Origin: Reclinomonas americana ATCC 50394
Lineage: Eukaryota
Assembly: GCA_048213135.1 (NCBI GenBank)
Contig: PS015369.1
Span: forward strand, 1 to 35,817
Reading direction: 5' to 3'
Length of the DNA stretch: 35,817 bases
Position numbers and translations under genes: made by a program
Notes under the pieces: model-generated
What the model saw: the letters and a program-made list of their open reading frames with translations, nothing else
What the model was told of the DNA's origin: nothing
Databases searched by the model: none
In this document: positions 1-15,349 of the stretch, one piece after another
How positions within the stretch are numbered: the stretch's first letter is position 1
Layout: every line of letters starts with the position of its first letter

Positions 1-50
1 CCGCTCGCCATAGACATCAAGAGCACAGACACACACACACACACACACAC

Positions 51-1197
51 CTTTCTTGCTGTGATATCAGCTTGTTTCGGATGATATCACGCATGCGTCT
101 GAGGCACTCGGCGGCGACAAAGGCAGCGTCCGCAAGGTCTGCAGTGGTCGGTGGCCAATTGCAACGGGGTGGCGGCGCCACGGCCGCCTCCGCACCATCA
201 GCGGCATCTTCTTTCTCAGCCGCTGGATCCGGATGCTGTGCCTGCCACAACAATAGCAGGTACACCATCCTTCTGCTGGCACTGGACAATCTCGAGCTCC
301 GAGGCTCCCACCCGTCCTTCTTGACTGTCGACAACTCCAAATGCACGGATTCCAGCAATTCGAAAGTGTGGGACAAAAAGTCGGAGTACACGAGAGACGG
401 AGCTGGGTCACTGCCACTGCCACTGGCGGCGGCACCGGCGGCTGCCATTAATATTGGCACAGACGCTGCGCCGCTTTCTGCAAGGGCAGGAGCGACAAGG
501 AAATTGCTGTGCACAAAGATGCAAAATAAGACAGCGACAATCAGCAGTGGAGAGGAGAACCAACGTACGAACCCATGCACGAGTGCAAGCAGAAGGACGA
601 GCATAGCAAAGCCGAGGCGAGGCACACGCCGATTCCGTCTCTTCCCTTCCCTTCCCAACTTGGGTGTGCCGGTGTCCAGAAGGAATATTTCGAGGGGCAA
701 ATCGGCTGCGCGTATAAATGCATGAGTTAGAGACGGTGGGAGACGGGCGAGCGCGCTGTAGGTGAGTGTGTGTGTGTGTGTGTGCGACAGAGAGAGAGAG
801 TGAGAGAGAGAAAGAGATTGAGAGGACAGAAGTGCAGCGCAATTGCAAGAGAAGGCATGTCACACATCAAGGAAGAGTTACCGGCGACAGCTAGCACGTG
901 AGTCTAGGCTAGGGGGACGAGAGAAAGAGACATAATCGCGAGACGAGATCAACAAATTCTGATGTCATCTATCTCTGACACACACACACATACTCGCGCG
1001 CTCTCTCTCTCTCTCTCTGCATGTGTGCAATGAACCACGCACATGCACACATCACACAATCGTGCGAGAGAGAAAGGAGAGTCGGAGGGGTGAAAAAGAT
1101 TGGACATGGCCGCCCGCGCGCGCGCAAACTCACCTTTCTCTGGTTCGCTTGCTACGCCGTCGCCGGTCGACCACACGTGCGTGCCGGCCCATGTCAT
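51..1197 (-). CDS. Hypothetical protein with a probable N-proximal transmembrane/signal-anchor helix; multi-exon, 3' end runs off the window
   Basis: Exon 1197-1134 (MTWAGTHVWSTGDGVASEPEK) ends at G|GTGAGT and splices in phase 1 to CTAAC...GCAG|705, joining ORF 17..700 (ADLPLEIFLL...RRNRRVPRLGFAMLVLLLALVHGF hydrophobic stretch). The exon ends at 51 at AAG|GTGTGT. The true start may lie further upstream or in the gap. Confidence 0.5.
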
Positions 1198-1699
1198 GGC
1201 AGTGGCCACATGCTCCTTCTTCTCCTTTCTTGCCTCGACCAGCAGCGATCGCTGTGAACCGATCGTGAACAGTACACAATAAGCATTTACACAACACAAC
1301 ACAANNNNNNNNNNNNNNNNNNNNNNNNNNNNNNNNNNNNNNNNNNNNNNNNNNNNNNNNNNNNNNNNNNNNNNNNNNNNNNNNNNNNNNNNNNNNNNNN
1401 NNNNNNNNNNNNNNNNNNNNNNNNNNNNNNNNNNNNNNNNNNNNNNNNNNNNNNNNNNNNNNNNNNNNNNNNNNNNNNNNNNNNNNNNNNNNNNNNNNNN
1501 NNNNNNNNNNNNNNNNNNNNNNNNNNNNNNNNNNNNNNNNNNNNNNNNNNNNNNNNNNNNNNNNNNNNNNNNNNNNNNNNNNNNNNNNNNNNNNNNNNNN
1601 NNNNNNNNNNNNNNNNNNNNNNNNNNNNNNNNNNNNNNNNNNNNNNNNNNNNNNNNNNNNNNNNNNGAAGGAGGGAGGGAAGGAGAGAGTGATCGAGGT

Positions 1700-3511
1700 G
1701 TGACGCTGAAGAAACTTTCGTTTGAGCATGAAGCCTGTCCACAAGGTGGACCGTGGGGCTCGATGTACATTGACCAGGAGTTCTTCACGGCCATTCGAGA
1801 CATTGTGGGTCACGAAAATTTTGCGTCCGTGTGGCAACCGTCGGCAGTCGAGCTGCTGGACGACGAGCTCAGGGAGACTCTGGCGGACGCGAAGAGCCGT
1901 ATCACAAGAGATATCATCGAGTTCAAGCACGCTGTACGGTGAGTTGTCACTGCACTGATGGGTGCTCCTGCTCCGGGTCATCTGACACGAACGATGTGGG
2001 GTGTGCTCAGTGTCGACCAGCTGGCAGACGCGACGCAGCCGGTGCTGAGGATCGATCTCTCGCCCTTTTTCTTGACTGCGACTGAGTGTGCGGAGACGAT
2101 GAAAGTGAGCGACGCGGTGGAACTGGTGTCAAGGAATGTGGACAACTACAACAGATCACGTGGTGGACAACAACACGTGGTGCAGCAGTTGCGTGACTCT
2201 CATCAACACTGTGTGCAATGCTGTGTCGCTCACCGCGATGTCATCGTTGTAGGATGCGAAGAGAACGCAAGACGTTGGGGATTGGATTCACTGCTCTCGG
2301 TGCTCAAACACTATTCAACAATGTGCGTACTCCGACTCCACTACCTGTATTGCTCCACATTTCGTTCTGACTTCCTCCGCGCGCTCCGTCAGGTGATTGA
2401 CCACATTGTTCATCACGTTCGTGACCATGTGGTTGGGGCCATGAACCGCAGCGGGCATGCAACCGGACGAGTGTACGCCGTGATGGCTGGTGGATTCGGT
2501 TCATGCGAAATCTTGCAGCGCCGCTTGATGGACGAAGCATTCTCGGTTTGTGTACACTGCTGTCCCTGACTATCGTGCTGTTGTTCCAGTAGCTTACGGT
2601 ATACGGGGGTTCACAGGAGTGGATTGCGCAGACTGCAGCGTCTGCACCTGGTGGCTTGAATTTCGGTTTCGTTGTGCCTGCGGAGACGCAGCAATTGGTT
2701 TTGAAGGGCGCAGCTTCGATGGGCATCATTCATCTCTTGCACCTCAACGGAGTGCGTGCTACGGAAGTGGCGAGAACGCTATCAATTCCGCAGGTCGTCA
2801 CAAGGAGAATCAACAAGTGGTACGCCATCTCGGTTTCTCGGCCCGTCTCTGACACGTCACAGCATCTCTCCGCTGGCCAGCCGATTTACGTGCGTCATTG
2901 GCTTTCTGCACTCGGCGTGCATGTACACGTGCTAACTGTTGACTCCTTTGGCGCTGCGTAGGTCGTTGAGGACGTGAGGCGTGTTGATGTTCCGCTGCTG
3001 CTGGCGAATCGGAACGATCCATTCACCCTCAACGAAGAGAAGAGGGTCGAGGGGTTGACTGCACTTACAAGAACCCAGGTTTGTGATGCTCCAGTTTCGA
3101 GATTTTTGGCGCAACGGCAACTGTGTGCTCATGGTCATGATTACGTCGCAGACGCACGTCGCTATCAAGTTGTACAGCTTCCCAACGCGACTGGTTCGAC
3201 GTGTCAACGGTGGTGTCGAGAGCGGACTTCGACCAATGCCGCAACCAATGCGCGACGTCGAAGGGTTGGATATCCGCACCATTCCGCTCTCGGAATGGCA
3301 GTGCGAAGGAGAGATCCGAGTGCCCAACACCAACCCAGACCAACGAATCACGGTGTGTTTTTCTCGTTAAGCAATGTTTGTGTTTCCGCTGGTGACTGAC
3401 GCTGTGTGTCAGGCCGCCATCCGTTTCGGTGGAGAAGAAACGCAGCTCGTGGTGACTACCGCAGGCTTCAGAGAGCAGACCCCGTTGCGCCTCTGTGAAG
3501 TGGGCAGGTGA
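1700..3511 (+). CDS. HSPA12-type atypical Hsp70 (5' part lost in gap), about 8 visible exons
   Basis: Spliced peptide carries HSPA12-like motifs in the expected order: GGPWGSMYIDQEF, TLFNN|VIDHIVHHV, VMAGGFGSCEILQ, FVVPAETQQLVLKGAASMG, RRINKWYAI, and C-terminal IRFGGEETQLVV. Inferred intron starts at 1939, 2188, 2323, 2546, 2890, 3079, 3353; stop TGA 3509-3511. Confidence 0.75.
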
Positions 3512-3536
3512 TGACTATCTGAGCCGCCGATTGAAA

Positions 3537-4781
3537 TCACTTGTGTACTGTCATTGTCGCCAGCCAATCACGATTCAGGGGATGACATGTGCAGAAGAGC
3601 ACGTGGGGTAATATTAATCGTCTGATTGACGACCATGAGCTCAGAAGACACCATTCACTCCTCACCTCTCCCCCTGCCACGCTCGAAACAACCTCGCCGC
3701 CGCATCCTCCACCACAAAGCACCGCAACACAATCTCCGGCAAGCACCGACGCTCTCCTTCTCTGCCTCCTCCCCCCTCCCTCCTCCTCCTCCTCATCCTC
3801 CTCCTCCTCCCGCTCCTCCACCACCGCCGCCAACACCCGCGACGCCTCCACGGCCGCCGCCAATTCACGCCGCAACAACGCCACCGGCGTACCCCACAAC
3901 CGCACCGTGTAATCCCAGCTGCCACTCACCAAATGCTCACCATCCCCCGACACCGCCAACGACATGATCGCCGACTCGTGATGCGGGCCCGCCAAGCACT
4001 GCACTTTGCCATCCACGGACCACACGCGAATGGACAAGTCCTCGCTGCCGGAGACCAGGAAGCGCCCGCACGGAGTCCACGCCACCGACACCACACTGTC
4101 GGTGTGCCCCTGGAGAACGCGAGGTTCTTCATCATCGCGCAGCAATGGCCACACGCGCACTGTGCAGTCCCCACTGGCGGCCGCCACATACTCGTCATTC
4201 ACAGGCGATACGGCCACAGCACGCTCCAGATCCGTGCATCCCGCCAGAACGCGCTCCAGTCGCCCCGTCTCCAGCGACCACACCTGCACCACCATGTCTT
4301 CGCCGCCACTCACCGCGTACCTGTCGTCGCCAGTGACCGCCACGCACAACACAGCGCCCGTGTGACCTTGCAAGCAGCGCACCTCGACGCCCGCCTGCTC
4401 ATCAACAACCTCCCACACGCGCACCACCGTCTTGTCATCGCCACCGCTCACCACTTGTCGACAGTCGCTCAGAAACGCGACCGCATGCACGGCCCACGTG
4501 TGACCCACCAGCGTACACACGAGCTGCGCGGTGGCCAGTGCCCACACACGCAACTTGCCATCGTAACCTCCGCTCACCACGAATCGCCCACAGCGACTGA
4601 CCGCCACAGCCAGCACGCGACTGTGATCGGCCACTCGCAGCACCTCCTCGCCCGTGTCCACACGCGACACGCGCACAGTGGCATCGATGCTGCTGCTAAT
4701 CACAAACTGCGAGTCGGGAGTGAAGACCGCAGAGTACACCTCGCCAGTGTGGCGACGCAGGGTGCGCTCAGCAATGAACAT
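3537..4781 (-). CDS. WD40-repeat beta-propeller protein (about 7 repeats) with acidic low-complexity C-terminal tail; intronless
   Basis: Uninterrupted 414-aa ORF from ATG 4781 with repeated GH..V..V.....G..lvSG..D..vrvW units. Confidence 0.9.
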   Translation of the reverse strand: MFIAERTLRRHTGEVYSAVFTPDSQFVISSSIDATVRVSRVDTGEEVLRVADHSRVLAVAVSRCGRFVVSGGYDGKLRVWALATAQLVCTLVGHTWAVHAVAFLSDCRQVVSGGDDKTVVRVWEVVDEQAGVEVRCLQGHTGAVLCVAVTGDDRYAVSGGEDMVVQVWSLETGRLERVLAGCTDLERAVAVSPVNDEYVAAASGDCTVRVWPLLRDDEEPRVLQGHTDSVVSVAWTPCGRFLVSGSEDLSIRVWSVDGKVQCLAGPHHESAIMSLAVSGDGEHLVSGSWDYTVRLWGTPVALLRRELAAAVEASRVLAAVVEEREEEEDEEEEEGGGRRQRRRASVLAGDCVAVLCGGGCGGEVVSSVAGGEVRSEWCLLSSWSSIRRLILPHVLFCTCHPLNRDWLATMTVHK

Positions 4782-4826
4782 TATTGATCGGGACCGGACA
4801 ACCTTACACTACGCACCTTTGTTATC

Positions 4827-8334
<3,508 letters not shown>

Positions 8335-8389
8335 GCTCACCATCAAACAATGAACAGCCGATTGCTCCTTTATTGAAGAAGCCGCGTTA

Positions 8390-10993
8390 TTACACGTGCA
8401 GTTGTGTGCGCTCCTTGGTGATGTGCTGGCGATACTTGTCGAGCATGGGGTCGACCTCCTCGCGGATGAACTCCTCCACTTGCTGCGGTGCGCGGCCGAC
8501 AAAGCGGCGTGCGTCGACTACGTCATCGAGCTTGTCGCGCACCTTGGCGAACTCGGGTGCCGCCCGGATGCGATCCAGCAGGTCGTTGCCCGCTCCCTCC
8601 TCCTTCACGCGGCTGTGCAAATGCAGAGAGAGTGAGTATCTCTTCCTCTCTCTCCCTCACTCTCTCTCTCTCTCCGCACCGCGCGCTCTCCATGGACAGT
8701 CGACGAATCACTTCGTGCAGCTCCTGTCGATCGCCACCGGCTTTGACGGCGGCCATGAGAATGTTCTCCGTGGCCATGAACGGCAACTCGGCTTGCAGAT
8801 GCTTCTCGATCACGCGCGGCCACACTTGCAGTCCGTCGGCGACGTTGGCGACCGTGTTGAGGATGCCGTCGACCGCCAGGAACATCTGCGGAATGCTCAA
8901 CCGTCGGTTGGCGCTGTCGTCCAGCGTGCGCTCAAACCACTGGTTGGCGTGCGTGTGACTGGCGTTGGCGGCGAGCGTGGTGGCGAAGCGGCTGAGCGAG
9001 CAAATACGCTCGCACCGCATCGGATTGCTACAGGCGGAGCAGTGTGAGAGCTAATAAACACACAGGCCGCAACACCTGTTTCGTTTCCCGCATTCTTCTT
9101 CCTCTCTCTCTCTCTCTCTCTCATCTCTTCCCCCTCTCCATCCCTTCCCCACACACACCGCTTGTAGGGCATGGCAGAGCTGCCGATCTGGGACTTCTCG
9201 AATGGCTCCTCAATCTCCTTCATGCTCATCAACAGTCGAATGTCCACGGCCATCTTGTTGGCGCTCTCACCGATGCCGGCCAGCACGTTGAGGATCATGG
9301 TGTCGAGCTTGCGCGTGTACGTTTGACCGCTACCCAGGAAAGGTGAGAAGGTCGATGCGAGAGTGGCGAGACACTAGCCTCGCACCTCACGGGAATGCTG
9401 CGCGAAAAGTCCATCAGCTGGCACACTCGCTTGTCGAGCTCGCGCACCTTGCTGTGGTCTCCGGCAAACAGCTCAAGGAAGCTGGCTTGCGTGCCAGTGG
9501 TGCCCTGCGCCGCCGCAAATGAGACAAACAAAGGCACACTTCATTGTGCCTGCACACACACACACACACACGCCGACCTTGACGCCTCGCATGGGCATGT
9601 TCTCAATCAGGTCCAACACCGAGTGCAAATCCATCCAAAAGTCCTGCATCCACAGCGTGGAGCGCTTGCCGACCCTGTCACATATGCAGAGTGAGAGAGA
9701 GAGATGTCTCGACTCACAAGTCGCAAGGAGAGACGTGCACGCAACGTCGTCAACTGCGCCGGCTGGAAATGCGTAAAGCCGAGGGTCGGCATGTCCTTGT
9801 ACTGCAGCGCAAAGTCGCGCAGCAGCGACATGACCTTTAGCAGCTTGTCGCGGAGCATGCCCAGGCCGGAGCGCATCAAAATCAGTTCAGAATTGTCGCC
9901 CACGTAGCACGAGGTGGCGCCGAGGTGGATAATGCCCTTGGCCGACGGACTATTGTGATTCAGAGGGTGAGTGGGTGTGATGCACGCAGGTGGTGGCGAA
10001 GAAACGCAACACTTGCTCGCCGTACACGTGAATGTGAGCCATCACGTCGTGTCGCAGCTCACGCTCCTTTTGCGCCACGCGCGCAAAGTCAATCGTCTGC
10101 GTCGCCGCACGGAGGGCCTCGACTTGGGCCTGCGGCAAGAGGAGAAGAAGGGCACGATAAGGAGAGAGGCCACGGAAAGAAGGGGAAGGAGGCGGAAGGC
10201 GGCAAGTAAGAGCTGTCTGTCAGCATATCTGCTTCTCTTCTTTGCCCAGGAGGAGATCTACAAAGAGAAGCAGAAGGAAGAGGAGAGCAGCCTGCTTGCT
10301 TCTCTTTCTCTCCTTGAATGTGCAGGAAGGCAGAGAGGAGAAGGGACAAACGTGCTGCGTTGCATGCAAGTTTGCTTCTCCTGCTACCTGCCACACGTCA
10401 ACAAACGAAGAAGAGTGACAAAGAGCAGCAGAGGGAACAGGTGTATCTGCCTGCCAGACACCAACAAGAGAAGAACAGAGGAGCAGAGGGGCAGGAAAGC
10501 CACCTGCAAGCCTGCTGCCCCCCCTCTCTCTCCCTCCCCAAAGTTATTCCGGTACCCTTTCCCTCCCTTTCCCCCTCCCCCTTTACCCCCTTCACTTGCT
10601 CACCTTGGAGACACCCGGCACTCCCAACTCGCACTGCGCCTGCGCCAGCGCGACCCACAACTCACGCCACGTCGAGTAGCGCTTTTGCGGCGAGAACAGA
10701 AAGCTCATTTCGCGACTGGCATAGCGCCCCACCAGAGGGTTATCGTACACCAAGTTTTCTGTGTGAGAGAAAGTGAGTGACAAAGAGAGTACTTATGTTG
10801 GGAGACGCATGCACCTGCAGCAACACCCGGATGCGACTTCGAGAATGCACGACGAGTCACAAGCGACCTGACACACACATGCATTGTCAGTGACTCTCTT
10901 CTTCTGTGTGTGAGAGAGAGTGGACGTGACACACCACTGCGTGTGAGTGCGAGGCACCACAGAGGTGGAGCGAGACAGCGCGCGCCACAACAT
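8390..10993 (-). CDS. ADSL: Adenylosuccinate lyase with N-terminal extension (about 10 exons)
   Basis: Motifs [115 protein letters not shown]; stop TAA 8390-8392. First exons 10993-10935 and 10867-10815 splice in frame to 10758. Confidence 0.95.
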
Positions 10994-11089
10994 GGACACT
11001 GCAAATGCAATTTCATTGTTGTTTGTTTTCGAACTCTCTCACTTGTCTCCTGTCTCTGTCTGTCTCACTCTTCTTGGGGCATTGCTGCA

Positions 11090-14000
11090 TTACTGCTTGC
11101 CGACCATGTCTGTGGCGGCCTGCTCGACCTCTGGGAAGGAGGCCAGCACGTCGGCCCATGTCCGTCGGCCGTCGCAAATGTCGGCGACTGCGCGCGCCAG
11201 GTCGTCCATGGAACCGCGCACTTGGCGGCACGAGTCGCGCTCGCGCAGTGTCACCGAGCCGTTGGCCACCGTGTCAAAGTCAATGGTCATGCCGAACGGG
11301 ATACCGAGCTCGTCGGCACGGGCGTACCGCCGACCAATGTTGGCGCTGCTGGCGTCTGCGCGGAAGGTGACGTAGTTGCGGTGCAGGGCGGTCTCTGCGG
11401 GTTGTTGTGTGAACGATGAGAAAACAAGAACGCGGAGGTACACCACGTCACAGTTGCACGCAACTGGCCTGCTCCACAAACGGCACAAAGTCCGTGTTGC
11501 CGCTCAGCGGCAGCACGGTGCACTTGTAGGGTGCGACGGCCGGGCTCAATGACAGCACCTGCATGGTGTTGGCATGAGATAAAGAAGATGGATGTAAGAG
11601 ACGGGGGTGGAGAGTGCACGCAACTCCGCGTGCCTCGTCACCCTCGCGCGTCCAGTAGGCCTGCTCCAGCAGGGCGTACAGAATGCGACCAATACCGAAT
11701 GACGGCTCAATCACATTGGGGACGTAGTTGTAGCCGCTCACACGCTTCTCCACCTCCTTGAAGGAGACCATGTCGCGGGTGATGGTGATGCTCTCTCCGG
11801 CGTCGCCAATCACGATGGTGTGTTGGCTGCGGAGAGTGGCGGGAAAGTGTAAGTCCACAGAATAGGTCACGAAGAAAGGATTCTCACAACAGGCGAAGAA
11901 ACCAAGCAGACAGACAATGACAGGCCTTCAGACGACAAAAATACTCTTTCCATCAAGCATGAATCACAGGAGATACGAGGAATAAGCACAAGGAAGAATG
12001 CCACTTGACAAAGGCAGAGTGCAAGACACAAGTCCCTCACTCCACAGCCCCCAGCACCAACCAAGAGACAAACACGCACACATTGACCACATCACATACA
12101 GAGTGCAAGAAAACACAAATCCCACTCACTCCTCACCAAGCACAATCGCAACAAAGAGACAACAAACACCACATGTTGGACGCCAACAAGACAACAAGTC
12201 CCTCGAGCACAAATCACAACAACAAACACGCACACACATCTCTCGTCTCTTCCCCATCCTTCCCCTTCCTTGTCCCTGCCACTCACCCAGCATTGTCGAG
12301 TGCCTCCTGAATGCACCGCGCCTCCGCCTCCGTGACATTCTCGAGGTACGCCTGCGCACCGCCGGCCTGCTTCTTCAGCGCGCGGCCGAGAACCTGCTTG
12401 TTGAACTGCGGCTCCCACACGCGCACGAGGCGCGGCTCGTCGTAGTCCTCGCGCGCCGTCAGCTCCACCTTGGACACGCTCTGGTGCTGCGTCAGATCGA
12501 ACGCCGAGCGATCGGCGATACCCACACACTCGACCCAGCCGTACGAGGTCTTGATCTCGGCATCCCAGCAGTCGGCGGCGTAGTGAGCTGTTGCGTGCAG
12601 ACACATGAGTTGACTCTCCCCCTCTCTCACCCACACATTCACACCAACGCACCCATCTCTGTCCGTCGGTGCTGGCGGAAGCGCAGGCAGTCGGCGCGGA
12701 TACCGACGTCCAACATGAACAGGTAGGTGCGGCCGATAAAGTAGCCGAGAGTCTCGTTGTTGATCATGCCCGACGACACGGCGCTGCCAATCGTCACCTT
12801 GATGGTCTTCTCACCGGCATCCTGCAGTGGTGCGGGCCACACGGTGATCTCCAGATCGGCGACAGTCGGGAACGACGGATGTGACTTGTCGGCCGGGTTC
12901 ACAAAGTGCTCGATCTCGGCCAGGGTGAATTCTCTGCACGCGAGATCTTCCGTCAGCAGGGATGCACGCAAGAAACACGCACATCATCAATAACAAACAC
13001 ACGTACACACTCACTCGCTCACACACAAATTCACATTCACGCTGCCACTCAGAGACACACACACACAAACTCTGACTCATTCACGCGCACACATCACACA
13101 TGCACACTGTATCAAACGCATGCACTCACTCGACTCTCACTTGTTCGCGCTCCCACTCTTTGTGCGTCAATCCCATCCTCTCTCAGTGTAAGTATCACTT
13201 ACTCACTCTTCTCCTACACTTCTCTCTCACACATGCACACTCGGGCATGTATACACACAAATACAACCTCCCTCTCTCTCATCACACTTCATCTCTCTTC
13301 GCTCACTTACCCCTTTCCTCTTCACACACACACACACACCGTGACAGACACAAACACAAACCCTCTCCTTCTGTCTGTGCATCTCTCCTTTTCTCTCTCA
13401 CTTCTCCTCATCCCTCCCTTTCCCTTATTCCTTCTCACCCACCTGACACGCAGGAGACCATTGCGCGGCGCAATCTCATTTCTGAACGCCTGACCAATGG
13501 TGGCGGCGGCAAACGGCATGCGGCCACCATTGAACTCCAACAGGCGCTTGAAGTTGACAAAGATACCCTGCGCCGTCTCTGGTCGCAGGTAGCCCTGCGA
13601 GCCGTCCACGGGGCCAATGTTGGTCCCGAACATCAGGTTGAAGGGGAAGGGGTTGGAGACCGGGTTGCCGTTGTGCGACTTGACACCGATCGTCTGCATG
13701 ATTTGGCCGAGCTCGTCCGCGTCGTAGGCGTCGGCCTGTGTGCAAAAAGAGAGGGAGAACACGTCAGATGATCAAGACCAACAAAGTCTTCTCCCCCTTT
13801 GCCACAGACACGCAACGTTGCGAATGTAGGCCTCGTATTGCAGGCGCTCCTCGGCCGTGATCTCCACACTGGCCAGCTTCTGGTGGCAAAACTCCTCCAG
13901 CAGCTTGTCGGCACGCAGGCACTCGTTGGTGACCGTGTCGCGCACCATGAAATCGTTGAAGCGATCGACGTGGCCCGAGGTCTTGAGCACCACCGCCGGT

Positions 14001-14849
14001 GTCAGCGACGTCGTATCGATCTCCAGCATGTTCTCCGCATCGACAAAGTGACGGCGCCACCGCGCAATGAAGTTGGCCTTGATGGCGCAGCCGGGTGGAC
14101 CGTAATCAAACAGACCAGCGACACCACCATAGATGCCAAAGGCCGGGTTGACAATGAACTTGCGCTTCAGCAGCGCATCGAATGCCTCGCGATTGATCAC
14201 CAGCTTGTCCTCCGCAGCCTGCGCCGCGTGAGCCTCCGACAACTGCATGCATCGGCGTTGTTTGAGCAAATTCGCGCGCCAAAATCGGACTACATGCGCA
14301 TAAATGTGCGATTCACACCTTCTTGCGAATCGTCTGCAGCTGATCGACGGCCGCATCGATCTGCTCCTTGCTGGCACCAGAGCCCTGCACACACATCGAC
14401 AGGTGTCACGCGGAAGAACTTGTCTGTCGTGCACATGTCGCGCCATGTACAACTCACACACACACGCACACAACGAAGGGAGAGCAGGCGAGAAGAGAGA
14501 GAGACACACACATGTGTGCGCATTTGTGCATAAGGAGAGTGGGCGATGGGAGCACGCAGTGACTGGTGCACCGTCGAGGTCAAATGTGAGCTCCTCATTC
14601 CCCCCTTTGTCGCGACATGACAGCCCACCACACGCACCACTCTCGCCACCCGCGCCACGCAGACACCACACACAAGTGGAGCTCTCACACTCTCTCGCAC
14701 AGACACAAGCACACACGCAGAGAGACAGCTGAACTCCGCACAGTAAACAAACTCACCTCCGCCTTGAGCGTGCGGACCAGCTCCCTCTGCGCGTCCAACT
14801 CAGCGTTCAACGCTGACAATGCATCTGCTGCCGAAGCCGAAGCCGCCAT
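11090..14849 (-). CDS. GARS1: Glycyl-tRNA synthetase (eukaryotic alpha2 type) with N-terminal WHEP-like domain (about 9 exons)
   Basis: Motifs [74 protein letters not shown]...[26 protein letters not shown] and anticodon-binding [18 protein letters not shown] at 14849, TAA at 11090. Confidence 0.97.
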
Positions 14850-15349
14850 CGTTGCTGTCTCACTCGACAATCACAAAAACGGAGTTGAGATGCCAAGGAC
14901 AATGTTGTCCTTGCTGTGTGCTTGAAGGGTGCCAGCGTGGATGTGTTGCTAGCATGCACTATCTGCGTATGCGTAATACAAGCCACCGTTGTGCATGCGC
15001 AAGACTGGCACGATTTTTGATCGCGACGTCGATATCGATTTCCGCGACGTTGAGCTTTCCAGGTGAGCGGACCTCGAAAAGCCCGACTCTGACGCCTCCC
15101 ACGCACAGTGCAATCGAGTTGCAATCGTTAGATCTCGCTGTTGAAGCGCGTTTGACTGCACATGACGAATGCGACGTCGGGTTCGCATTGCAGCTGCAAC
15201 TTCGCATGCCTCTTTCTGATCGACGTCGCACAAAGCTCAGCATCACTTTCTACACCGTGACGAATGCACTCTTTCCCCGCATCCCTCTCAGCGTTTTGCA
15301 CAATAGACACGGGAACAAATGTCCTGCGCACACAACTCATATCAAAAAA

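Noticed and set aside
712-770. TATAAA plus ATG and GTGAGT as a first exon on the + strand
   Set aside because: It is equally explained as the branch/acceptor region of the minus-strand intron 1133-706; no joinable downstream exon was found.
9740-11630. Non-canonical TT donors (G|TTGCG) as an alternative reading of the atypical sites
   Set aside because: Keeping the G in the exon breaks the frame at 10010 and 11464; GT-initial introns fit all cases.
14850-14873. Upstream in-frame TTG as a yeast GRS1-like mitochondrial isoform start
   Set aside because: It adds only 7 residues (xSSETAT) with no presequence character, and an in-frame TGA lies immediately upstream.
14949-15246. Small ORFs between GARS and the coiled-coil gene
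   Set aside because: No recognisable motif or convincing splice path; probably promoter/UTR sequence.
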